Shown one piece after another: positions 26,883 through 34,887 of a DNA stretch of 64,000 nt. This stretch comes from an uncultured Solirubrobacterales bacterium (GTDB lineage: Bacteria > Actinomycetota > Thermoleophilia > Solirubrobacterales > 70-9), in NCBI GenBank assembly GCA_963697695.1, contig OY969094.1:2415958-2479957 (forward strand). Direction: 5' to 3'. The notes beneath the pieces are model-generated. The model ran no database searches and had not been told where the DNA came from. It worked only from the letters and a program-made list of their open reading frames with translations. The stretch's first letter is position 1; each line of letters begins with the position of its first letter. The position numbers were made by a program, and so were the translations under genes.

Positions 26883-27167
26883 CGAGCTTCCTGACTACTG
26901 GGCTCCATTCATCGCGGTCGGTGTCTAGGAAGACGTAGAGCTCGGTGGCTTTGGCGTAGTGCCCTGTCGAGCCCTCCGGGGGGATGTTGCGGTAGGAGTG
27001 GGCACAAGGCCGACCGACTTTCTCCTTCCCTATATCACCCCCAAGTAACGCCGGTATTTGCCGGGCGTTCCGCATTTCTCTCTCATCACTGAAACGACAC
27101 AGATGGGTCTAGATCCGTGCGTCGGCGCGGAGCAGCATCGGGCTCCAATCGACTGAAGGAGGCTTCG

Positions 27168-27413
27168 ATGTTCTATGCGCTAGTGGGGTATCTGCACGCG
27201 GTCGCGACGGCGAGGGTGCAGGCGATCCGTTCGCTTGCGGGTGAGCGGGGGCAGGGGACGGTCGAGTATGTGGGGCTGATCCTGCTCGTCTCGCTGCTGA
27301 TGGTGGGCATGGTCGTTGCGATGAAAGGGTTCAACGGCAAACAGGGGACCGAGTTGGCGGACGTGATCGTCGACAAGATCAAGGAGTCCGTCGACCGGGT
27401 GACGTTCAAATAA
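27168..27413 (+). CDS. flp: Flp/Fap-family type IVb pilin (81 aa)
   Basis: GAAGGAGG RBS. Has the G-X4-EY motif (G|QGTVEY) plus the hydrophobic helix. Paralog of 4317-4556, including about 64 bp of upstream sequence. Confidence 0.75.
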   Translation: MFYALVGYLHAVATARVQAIRSLAGERGQGTVEYVGLILLVSLLMVGMVVAMKGFNGKQGTELADVIVDKIKESVDRVTFK

Positions 27414-27424
27414 AGGGTGGTGGA

Positions 27425-27448
27425 GGGGCGGCTCGAGCGGGCCGCCCC
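27425..27448 (+). terminator. GC-rich hairpin after flp
   Basis: GGGGCGGC-tcgagcgg-GCCGCCCC, 12 nt after the stop codon. There is no T-tract. Confidence 0.35.
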
Positions 27449-27542
27449 GCTGCGCGTGCCGGGGCGGAGCCGGTTGGTCGATCCCGTGCAGGTTCCGGTG
27501 GAGAGGATTCCGTCTGGGTCGAAGCGTACGCTGTATTACAGC

Positions 27543-27779
27543 ATGAAGCATCGAACTCAGCTATATCTGGATGAGGGTCAGTACCGCTGGCTCAAACAGC
27601 GTGCGGGAGAGGCGGGCAGCATCGCCGCGGTCGTGCGCGAGCTGATCGATGCGGAGCGGGCTCGCGGGGTCGGTTCGGCCACCGATCCCCTGCTGAGCTA
27701 CCTCGTCGACGAGGCGCCCAGCAAGGGACGGGAGGGGACGAGCGTCAGCACGCTGGACCGCGACCTCTACGGCCCATGA
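27543..27779 (+). CDS. vapB: antitoxin (RHH/CopG-like), VapB-type
   Basis: 78 aa. MKHRTQLYLDEGQYRWLKQRAGEAGSIAAVVRELI has the RHH pattern. Its stop overlaps the start of the PIN gene (ATGA). Confidence 0.65.
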   Translation: MKHRTQLYLDEGQYRWLKQRAGEAGSIAAVVRELIDAERARGVGSATDPLLSYLVDEAPSKGREGTSVSTLDRDLYGP

Positions 27780-28189
27780 GGTCGGTCTTCATCGACACCA
27801 GCGCCTTCGTCGCGCTGCGCAACTCTGCCGAGGCCGAGCACGAGCAGGCCCGCTCGGCGCTGGCCGATCTGATCGCCGAGGGAGTGGCGCTCTTCACCTC
27901 GAACTACGTGTTCGCCGAGACGTACACGGCGCTGATGGTCCGGGTTGGGCGGGGGGAGGCGATCGAGTGGGGTCGTCGCTTTCGTGCAGGCGGGGCGATC
28001 GACCTCGTCCATCTCGACCGGTCCACCGAGGCACGCGCCTGGGAGATCCTCGAGCAGCACGGGGACAAGCGCTGGAGCTACGTCGACGCAACCTCCTTCG
28101 CCCTGATCGAGCGCGACGGCGGCAACGAAGCCTTCGCCTTCGACGCCCACTTCGCCCAGCGAGGCCTTCGGGTTTTGCCGGATGCGTGA
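27776..28189 (+). CDS. vapC: PIN-domain toxin, VapC-type
   Basis: VFIDTSAFVAL ... ETYTAL ... SYVDATSFALIE ... AFAFDAHF supplies the conserved acidic residues of a PIN domain. Confidence 0.75.
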   Translation: MRSVFIDTSAFVALRNSAEAEHEQARSALADLIAEGVALFTSNYVFAETYTALMVRVGRGEAIEWGRRFRAGGAIDLVHLDRSTEARAWEILEQHGDKRWSYVDATSFALIERDGGNEAFAFDAHFAQRGLRVLPDA

Positions 28190-28241
28190 AAGAGCGCTTG
28201 CGGCAGCGCCTGGCTCGGTGTCCGCGTGAAACACTCGCGGA

Positions 28242-28967
28242 ATGCCAGCTTCGCGCAGCTATGCCCGGGCGCCGGCCGACATCCGGCCGGTGACGATCGA
28301 TCCGGGGTTCGTCGAAAGCGCTGACGGGTCTGCGCTGATCTCCGTCGGCAAGACGAGGGTCATCTGCACCGCCTCGGTCAGCGACACGGTGCCGCGCTGG
28401 ATGCAGGGGCGCGGCAAGGGCTGGGTCACGGCCGAGTACGCGATGCTGCCGGCCTCGACCGGCGACCGTAAGGCACGCGACATCTCGCGCGGCAAGCAGG
28501 ACGGGCGCGGGGTCGAGATCCAGCGCCTGATCGGCCGTTCGCTGCGGGTCGTCGTCGATTTCAAGGCGCTCGGGGAACGCAGCGTCTACGTCGACTGCGA
28601 CGTGCTCGAAGCGGACGGCGGCACGCGCTGCGCCGCGATCACAGGCGGCTACGTCGCCCTTCGCCTCGCCTGCCAGAAGCTGCTCGACGCCGGTGAGATC
28701 GAGGCGATGCCGTTCACCGGTTCGGTGGCGGCGGTCAGCGTCGGGATGGTCGACGGCAGGGCCCTCTGCGATCTCGACTACTCCGAGGACTCCTCCGCCG
28801 AGGTCGATGCCAACGTGGTGATGACCGGCGATGGCGGACTGGTCGAGGTGCAGGCGACGGCGGAGCGCACGCCGCTCTCTCGCGCCTCGCTCGACGAGCT
28901 GCTCGGCCTTGCCGAGATGGGGATCTCGCGCTTGCGGGAGGTGCAGGAGCGGGTAGCCGGCAGTTGA
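28242..28967 (+). CDS. rph: ribonuclease PH
   Basis: RPVTIDPGF...ADGSALISVGKTRVICTASV...GWVTAEYAMLPAST..R..RD...GKQDGRGVEIQRLIGRSLR. Confidence 0.9.
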   Translation: MPASRSYARAPADIRPVTIDPGFVESADGSALISVGKTRVICTASVSDTVPRWMQGRGKGWVTAEYAMLPASTGDRKARDISRGKQDGRGVEIQRLIGRSLRVVVDFKALGERSVYVDCDVLEADGGTRCAAITGGYVALRLACQKLLDAGEIEAMPFTGSVAAVSVGMVDGRALCDLDYSEDSSAEVDANVVMTGDGGLVEVQATAERTPLSRASLDELLGLAEMGISRLREVQERVAGS

Positions 28968-29563
28968 TCTTCGCCACGGCCAACAAGCACAAGCTGCGCG
29001 AGATGCGCGAACTGCTGTCGGGTATCGAGCTGGAGTCATTGCCGGAGGGCGTGGAGCTGCCACCCGAGGAGGGCGACTCTTTCGCCGAGATTGCGCTGGA
29101 GAAGGCCCGCGCCGCTCACGTGGCCACCGGCAAGCCAGCCATCGGCGACGACTCCGGGATCGAGGCGATGGGGCTCGGGGGCCGGCCTGGAATCCACTCG
29201 GCGCGCTACGGCGGCCCCGGCGCGACCGATGAGGAGAACCTGGCAAAGCTTCTGCGCGAGGTCGCCGAGGCCGGTGAGGATCGCCGAGCCGCCTACCATT
29301 GCGCGCTCGCCCTGGTCGAAGCAGACGGCTCCGAGCGCGTCTTCGAGGCACGCTGCGAGGGGCACCTGATCGAGGGGCCTCGGGGCGAGGGTGGTTTTGG
29401 CTACGACCCCGCCTTCGTCCCGGACGACACCGGTCCCGACGACCTCCGCACGATGTCGGAGCTGTCGCAGGCGGAGAAGAACGAGATCAGCCATCGCGGG
29501 CGCGCCGCGAGGCTGCTGGCCGGGCACCTGAGCGCCGGCGAGGCGGCGCCGACAGGGCGATGA
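28964..29563 (+). CDS. rdgB: non-canonical purine NTP pyrophosphatase (RdgB/HAM1)
   Basis: IFATANKHKLREM..., GFGYDPAFVP, EMSELSQAEKNEISHRGRA. Overlaps the rph stop by 4 nt. Confidence 0.9.
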   Translation: MIFATANKHKLREMRELLSGIELESLPEGVELPPEEGDSFAEIALEKARAAHVATGKPAIGDDSGIEAMGLGGRPGIHSARYGGPGATDEENLAKLLREVAEAGEDRRAAYHCALALVEADGSERVFEARCEGHLIEGPRGEGGFGYDPAFVPDDTGPDDLRTMSELSQAEKNEISHRGRAARLLAGHLSAGEAAPTGR

Positions 29564-30471
29564 TCCGCACCAAGAGCGGCGCCGCGGCGCTCTCGATCGC
29601 ATCCAACTCGATCCTGATCGCGATCAAGCTGGCCGCCGGGGCGATCACCGGCTCGATCGCGATCCTCACCGAGGCGATCCACTCGCTGATCGACCTGGTC
29701 GCCTCGGTCGTCGCCTTCGTCTCGGTGCGCAAGGCCGACGAGCCCGCCGACGCCGACCACCCCTACGGCCACGAGAAGGTCGAGAGCCTGGCGGCGACGA
29801 TCGAGGGTCTGCTGATCCTGGTCGGCGCTGGGATCATCGTCTACGAGGCGACGCACCGGCTGGTCGACGGGGCCGAGGTCAAGACGCTCGGCGTCGGCAT
29901 CGCGGTGATGGGCTTCTCGGTCGTCGCCAACCTCGTCGTATCGACGGTTCTCTCGCGCCAGGCGAAGACTCACGAATCTCCGGCGCTGGAAGGGGACGCG
30001 GCCCACCTGCGGGCCGACGCGCTCACCTCGGCCGGGGTGCTGGTTGGCCTCGGCTTGGTAGCGATCACCGGCAACGCCGCCTTCGACTCGATCACGGCGC
30101 TGGCGGTTGCGGCCGCGATAGTCGTCGCCGGGATCAGGATCGTCAGGCGCTCCTCTGGGGTGCTCGTCGACGAGGCACTTCCCGACGCCGAGATGGACCG
30201 GATCGAGGCGGCAATCGCGGCCGCTCGCACCCCCGAGGTCGCCGGCTACCACAAGCTGCGAGCTCGCCGCGCCGGCCGCCACCGATACATCGATTTCCAC
30301 GTCCAGTACCGCTCCGGCACCAGCCTGGAGCGGGCACATGAGCTCGCTCACGAGATGCGCGCCTCGATCGAGGCCGCGATCCCCGGTGCCGAGGTCCTCA
30401 TCCACGCCGAGCCCGAGACCTCCCTGCGCGACCCCAGGCGAGCGAACTCAGGCCCCTTCCGCGCCGGCTAG
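29560..30471 (+). CDS. cation diffusion facilitator (CDF) family metal efflux transporter
   Basis: ATG at 29560 overlaps the rdgB stop. Contains SNSILIAIKLAAGAITGSIAILTEAIHSLIDL and HPYGHEKVE, plus a C-terminal cytoplasmic domain. The listed upstream extension to 29299 lies in another frame of rdgB. Confidence 0.85.
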   Translation: MIRTKSGAAALSIASNSILIAIKLAAGAITGSIAILTEAIHSLIDLVASVVAFVSVRKADEPADADHPYGHEKVESLAATIEGLLILVGAGIIVYEATHRLVDGAEVKTLGVGIAVMGFSVVANLVVSTVLSRQAKTHESPALEGDAAHLRADALTSAGVLVGLGLVAITGNAAFDSITALAVAAAIVVAGIRIVRRSSGVLVDEALPDAEMDRIEAAIAAARTPEVAGYHKLRARRAGRHRYIDFHVQYRSGTSLERAHELAHEMRASIEAAIPGAEVLIHAEPETSLRDPRRANSGPFRAG

Positions 30472-30479
30472 GCGCGCTC

Positions 30480-30825
30480 ATCAGCTCTTGGGCAGGTTCT
30501 CCAAAGTCCAGGCGATCTTGAGTGCGATCCTGCGCAAGCTGCACCACATCTAGTTCACCGAATCTCGTCATGGCCGTCACATTGCCCCCTCGCCGAATGA
30601 CGCCAGAGTCACTCGTGGATCGAAGGCCCTGCCTCCGGCTGTGGGGAGGGTTGTTTCCAAAGCCTCCAGGGCCTGCGTCAGCCGCTGCAGGTTTTCTGGG
30701 TCGGGATCGGGAGCTAGGTCCAAGTCCTCGGTTCCCCGAACGAACCCGTGTGCAGCGACCGCTACACCACCGATCACGACGAACCGAACGTCATGCTCGT
30801 GCAGGGCCTCGAGCAGAGCCGCAGG
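30480..30825 (-). pseudogene. disrupted nucleotidyltransferase-fold gene
   Basis: AALLEALHEHDVRFVVIGGVAVAAHGFVRGTEDLDLAPDP... has no canonical start and follows an in-frame TGA (complement of 30826-30828). The expected continuation (...TRFGELDVV...) lies in a different frame, indicating a frameshift. Confidence 0.4.
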
Positions 30826-31031
30826 TCAAATTCGATCAACGCGATTTGCGGCGCCCTTGATTGCGCTCATCTGCTTGCAGAGCGCGGGCACGCAAGCCAG
30901 CCGCTCGTTCATCGGTGCACTGTGATCGTTAAGGCGGAGCTCCCGAGCCCGCCTCAGTTCGCCGGCATCGCCATTGAGCATTTTGGCCGCCATGGGGCGA
31001 TTCTAACGTCGGTTTTGGCTCTGCCGCCCCT

Positions 31032-31226
31032 TTACGGGGACGGGAGCAAATTGACCGCGGCGGCGAGGCCGACGGCGGCGACGGTGACGGCGTAGCCGGT
31101 GTAGTCGCTGACCGCGAAGAGGACCGCGGCGATCGCGCAGATCGAGACGACGGTGATCCAGGAAGCTCGGGCCAGGGACACGGGGCCCGGTATTTTGGCC
31201 GAGATGCCCGACGGTCCGACGAGCAC
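31032..31226 (-). CDS. small membrane protein (64 aa or shorter)
   Basis: Nearly every codon across WITVVSICAIAAVLFAVSDYTGYAVTVAAVGLAAAV ends in G or C. Two hydrophobic helices. Confidence 0.5.
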   Translation of the reverse strand: MLVGPSGISAKIPGPVSLARASWITVVSICAIAAVLFAVSDYTGYAVTVAAVGLAAAVNLLPSP

Positions 31227-31590
31227 GGCGATCTCCGGAGGTGCGGCTGAGGCTGCGCTGGCCTACCTGACCGAGATGTCGCCCGACCTGCGCGGGGGCG
31301 CGATCCTCGATGCGCAGGGAGCTGTTCTGGCTGCTGCGGGCCAACCGAACCGCTGGCGCGAGGACGTTGCGGCGCTGCTCGAGGTCGCGGACCGGACCGG
31401 GGACGAGCCGGTCGAGCAGATCCACATCGCCACCGAGCAGGGGGAGGTCTTTGCTTTGCGCCATGCCGGCCTGACCGCTGTCGCGGTGACCGAGCGCTTT
31501 GCCCTGGCATCACTGCTCTTCTTTGACATGCGCTCGGTCCTGCGCGACCTGGCAGCCGGTGGCGATGGAAGGGGTGCCGATGCCGCCTAA
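31204..31590 (+). CDS. Roadblock/LC7 (MglB-like) domain protein
   Basis: ...LRGGAILDAQGAVLAAAG...VEQIHIATEQGEVFALRHAGLTAVAVTERFALASLLFFDMRSVLRDL fits the Roadblock/LC7 pattern. The start is uncertain (ATG at 31204 chosen; GTG at 31153 is listed). Confidence 0.6.
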   Translation: MPDGPTSTAISGGAAEAALAYLTEMSPDLRGGAILDAQGAVLAAAGQPNRWREDVAALLEVADRTGDEPVEQIHIATEQGEVFALRHAGLTAVAVTERFALASLLFFDMRSVLRDLAAGGDGRGADAA

Positions 31591-31804
31591 GCCACACCGA
31601 GTGCTGCTCGACCGGGTCTCCGGTTACGCCGACGAGGCGGCTGCCTATATGCGCCGCCGCCGCGTCTCGCGCCGCCCCTTCGCCCGCCTCTACTACGCGG
31701 GCGGTCGCGCCGGCGACCACGCCGCCGACTCGGTTGCCGGCGGCGAGCTGTTCGTCGCGGCCGGCCGCTTGATCGAGGTAGCGGGGAAGAGGCCGAAATC
31801 GTGA
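31580..31804 (+). CDS. small basic hypothetical protein (74 aa)
   Basis: GGAAGGGG then ATG at 31580. High GC3. Overlaps the Roadblock stop upstream and the tldD start downstream. Confidence 0.45.
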   Translation: MPPKPHRVLLDRVSGYADEAAAYMRRRRVSRRPFARLYYAGGRAGDHAADSVAGGELFVAAGRLIEVAGKRPKS

Positions 31805-33186
31805 GCGGGTTGATCGAGCCCGCGGTCGCGGAGCGCGTTCTCGCGCGGGCGCTTGCCAACGGCGGCGAGTTCGCCGAGGTCTTCGCCGAACGCAGCGGCG
31901 GGATGACAATGGCGATCGACGAGTCGCGGATCGAATCGGTGCAGTCCGGCGCCGGTGAAGGGGCCGGGGTCAGGGTCCTCAGCGATGGCACCACCTACTT
32001 CGCCCACGTCGACGGGCTTGACCCCGATGACATCGAGCGCGCCGCTGACGAGGCAGCCTCGGCGTTGCACGCCGACCGCGCCGAGCCACACTCGCTGACG
32101 GCAGTCGCCAGCACGCCGCAGCCGATCGAGCGGCCGCCCGCCGCGGTTCCCGCCGAGCGCAAGGCGGAGCTGCTGCGCACGCTGGACGAGCGCGGTCGCG
32201 GCGCCGGTCCCGAGATCGCCCAGTTTCTCGCTTCCTACGCGGAGATCCGGCGCGAGATAGCCGTCGCCAACTCCGATGGGCTCTTCGCCGCCGACGACCG
32301 CACTCGCGTGCGGATCGGAGCCCAGGCCGTGGCCCGCCGGGCCGAGACGGTCGAGACCGGCGCCGAGACGCTCGGTGGCCACCGGGGCTTCGAGCTCTTC
32401 GACGACGATCCGGGCAGGATCGCGGAGCAGGCGGCGGGCAAGGCGCTGACCCTGCTTGACGCGAGCCCGGCACCGGCGGGCTCGATGCCGGTGGTCGTCG
32501 GCGGCGGCTTCGGCGGCGTCCTCTTCCACGAGATGACCGGCCATGGGCTGGAGGCCGACCACATCCAGAAGGGCGCCAGCGTCTACGTCGGCAAGCTGGG
32601 TGAGCAGGTGGCGCAGCCGCTCGTCACCGCCTACGACGACGGTCGCATGCCGAACGAGTGGGGGAGCGACTCGATCGACGACGAGGGGGTGGCGACCCAG
32701 AAGACGCCGGTGCTCGAAGGCGGCCGGCTCACCTCCTACCTCTACGACGGACTCACGGCGAGGAAGGACGGCGTCGCCTCGACCGGCAACGGCCGCCGCG
32801 AGAGCTTCCGTCACCTGCCGATCCCACGCATGACCAACACCTACATCGCGCCCGGCGACGCCGAGCCCGAGGCGATGATCGCCGAGGTGAAGCGGGGCTT
32901 CTACGCCGTCTCCTTCGGCGGCGGTCAGGTCGATCCGGCTACGGGCGATTTCGTCTTCGGTGTCTCCGAGGGGTACCTGATCGAGGACGGGAAGGTGACC
33001 AGGCCATGCCGCGGCGCCACCTTGATCGGCAACTGCCTGGAGGCGCTGGCGGCGATCGACGCGGTCGGCAACGACTTCGAGATGAAGACCGGCGTCTGCG
33101 GCAAGGGCGGTCAGAAAGCGCCGGTGGGGACCGGTCAGGGACACGTTCGCATCGGCGCGATGACGGTCGGGGGGACCGAGGTTTGA
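31801..33186 (+). CDS. tldD: metalloprotease TldD
   Basis: GVLFHEMTGHGLEADH (HExxxH variant) and GKGGQ near the C-terminus. Paired with pmbA downstream. Confidence 0.85.
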   Translation: MSGLIEPAVAERVLARALANGGEFAEVFAERSGGMTMAIDESRIESVQSGAGEGAGVRVLSDGTTYFAHVDGLDPDDIERAADEAASALHADRAEPHSLTAVASTPQPIERPPAAVPAERKAELLRTLDERGRGAGPEIAQFLASYAEIRREIAVANSDGLFAADDRTRVRIGAQAVARRAETVETGAETLGGHRGFELFDDDPGRIAEQAAGKALTLLDASPAPAGSMPVVVGGGFGGVLFHEMTGHGLEADHIQKGASVYVGKLGEQVAQPLVTAYDDGRMPNEWGSDSIDDEGVATQKTPVLEGGRLTSYLYDGLTARKDGVASTGNGRRESFRHLPIPRMTNTYIAPGDAEPEAMIAEVKRGFYAVSFGGGQVDPATGDFVFGVSEGYLIEDGKVTRPCRGATLIGNCLEALAAIDAVGNDFEMKTGVCGKGGQKAPVGTGQGHVRIGAMTVGGTEV

Positions 33187-34529
33187 TCGAGCTGACGCGC
33201 CGTGCCGTCGAGGCGGCGCTTGCGGCAGGGGCTTCCGACGCCGAGGCCTATTCCTCGGAGGAGACCGGGCGCGAGGTGCGCGCCCACGGCGGCGAGGTCG
33301 AGAGCCTTACTGTCGCCACCCAGCGTGGGATCGGTGTGCGCGCCTGGCTCGGCGCCCGGGTCGGCTATGCCTACGGCACCGATCTGTCGGAAGCGGGGAT
33401 CGCCGCGATCGCGGCCCGCGCCGCCGAGGCGGCGCGGATTGCCGACGAGGACGAGTTCGCAGGCCCCCCGCAGGCCGCCGACGGGCCGCTGCCGGAGCTC
33501 GAGCTGAGCGACGCCTCGGTCGGCGAGTGGACGACCGAGCGGGTCGCCGAGCTCGCGCTCACGGTCGAGCGGACTGCGCTCGAGGCGGACTCGCGCATCG
33601 CCGGTGTCGAGCAGGCCGTCTATGCCGACGCTGCGGAGCGGGTCGCGATCTCCTCCTCGACCGGCGTAGCCGGCGAGTTCGAGACGTCCAGTTGCTACGC
33701 CTACTTGACCGCTCTTGCCGAAGGGGAGGACGGGCGCGAGACCGGCCTCGGCTTCGACCTCGCTCGCGGTCCCGCCCGCCTCGACCCGGTTGCGGTCGGC
33801 CAAGAGGGGGCCGAGCGCGCAACGTCGATGATCGGCGCCCGGAAGCCGGCGTCGCGCGCCTGTCCGGTCGTTCTCGACCCGACGGTCGCTGCCAGCTTCA
33901 TCGGGCTGATCGGCGGTGGCGTGGCCGCCGGCGCCGTGCAGCGGGGACGCTCGCCATTCGCCGACCGGGTAGGCGAGGAGGTCGCCAACGAGGTCTTGGT
34001 CATCTACGACGATGGGCTCGACCCGCAGGGCTCCGCCTCCTCGCCGGTGGACGGCGAGGGGGTGCCGAGGCGCCGCACGCCCCTGATCGAGGGTGGCAGG
34101 CTGCGCACCTATCTCTACGACACCTACACGGCGCGGCGCGGCGACGGCGCCTCGACCGGCAATGCGGGCCGCGGCGGCTACCGCTCGCAACCCTCGGTCT
34201 CCGCCTCCAACCTGATCGTCGCCCCTGGCGCGCAGAGCCTCGCGGAGCTCTTCGGCGAGGCGGGGGAGGGTGTCTTCGTCACCGACGTCGCCGGGCTCCA
34301 CTCGGGGGTCAACCCGGTCTCCGGGGTCTTTTCGGTTGGAGCTTCGGGGCGGGCGATCCGGGGCGGCGAGCCGGCCGAGCCGTTGCGCGAGTTCACGATT
34401 GCCAGCGACCTGGTTTCGATGCTGAAGGCCGTGCGCAGCGCCGGCGCTGCGTCGCGCTGGGTGCCCTTCGGCGGCTCCGTCAGCACGCCGCCGCTGCTGG
34501 TCGCGGAGATGACGATCGCCGGATCGTGA
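33183..34529 (+). CDS. pmbA: metalloprotease PmbA/TldE
   Basis: TTG at 33183 overlaps the tldD stop. The product LIELTRRAVEAALAAGASDAEAYS... is collinear with the PmbA family. The first 175 listed codons belong to another frame of tldD. Confidence 0.8.
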   Translation: MIELTRRAVEAALAAGASDAEAYSSEETGREVRAHGGEVESLTVATQRGIGVRAWLGARVGYAYGTDLSEAGIAAIAARAAEAARIADEDEFAGPPQAADGPLPELELSDASVGEWTTERVAELALTVERTALEADSRIAGVEQAVYADAAERVAISSSTGVAGEFETSSCYAYLTALAEGEDGRETGLGFDLARGPARLDPVAVGQEGAERATSMIGARKPASRACPVVLDPTVAASFIGLIGGGVAAGAVQRGRSPFADRVGEEVANEVLVIYDDGLDPQGSASSPVDGEGVPRRRTPLIEGGRLRTYLYDTYTARRGDGASTGNAGRGGYRSQPSVSASNLIVAPGAQSLAELFGEAGEGVFVTDVAGLHSGVNPVSGVFSVGASGRAIRGGEPAEPLREFTIASDLVSMLKAVRSAGAASRWVPFGGSVSTPPLLVAEMTIAGS

Positions 34530-34608
34530 GCCGTGGTGCCGTTTACGCCGTACCCGCTGTTAGATTGCGGCCGACTTCAACCACCCATGGAGACGGAGGA
34601 GCTTCGAC

Positions 34609-34887
34609 GTGACAAAGGCTGAGTTTCTTGATCAACTGGCAGGCGACGAGCGGGTCGGCAGCAAGAAGGCTGCAAGCGATGCGCTTGACGCAGTGCTCGA
34701 CGCGATCACCGACACGCTGAGCGGCGGCGGCGAGGTCAGCTTCACCGGCTTCGGCAAGTTCCACGTCGCCGAGCGCGGTCCCCGCCAGGGAGTCAACCCC
34801 CGCACCGGCGAGCGGATCACGATCCCGGGCGGCAAGGTCCCCCGCTTCTCCGCCGGTTCGGCTCTGAAGACCAAGGTCAAGGGCTGA
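34609..34887 (+). CDS. hup: DNA-binding protein HU
   Basis: MTKAEFLDQLA...VSFTGFGKFHVAERGPRQGVNPRTGERITIPGGKVPRFSAGSALK. Confidence 0.9.
   Translation: MTKAEFLDQLAGDERVGSKKAASDALDAVLDAITDTLSGGGEVSFTGFGKFHVAERGPRQGVNPRTGERITIPGGKVPRFSAGSALKTKVKG

Noticed and set aside
4253-27334. The flp direct repeats considered as attL/attR of a site-specific integrative element
   Set aside because: The repeats are only about 85% identical and no integrase is in the interval. Diverged tandem paralogs with DNA inserted into the first copy is the simpler explanation.
27894-29351. 485-aa minus-strand ORF overlapping vapC, rph and rdgB
   Set aside because: Arg/Pro/Gly/Ala-rich, low-complexity translation antisense to three well-recognised genes. 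This is a typical shadow ORF of a high-GC genome.
31693-34301. Minus-strand ORFs of 483 and 388 aa, and the 175-codon N-terminal extension of the pmbA ORF (32658-33182)
   Set aside because: They overlap tldD and pmbA. The pmbA extension is simply another open frame of tldD. The TTG at 33183 gives a normal PmbA N-terminus.
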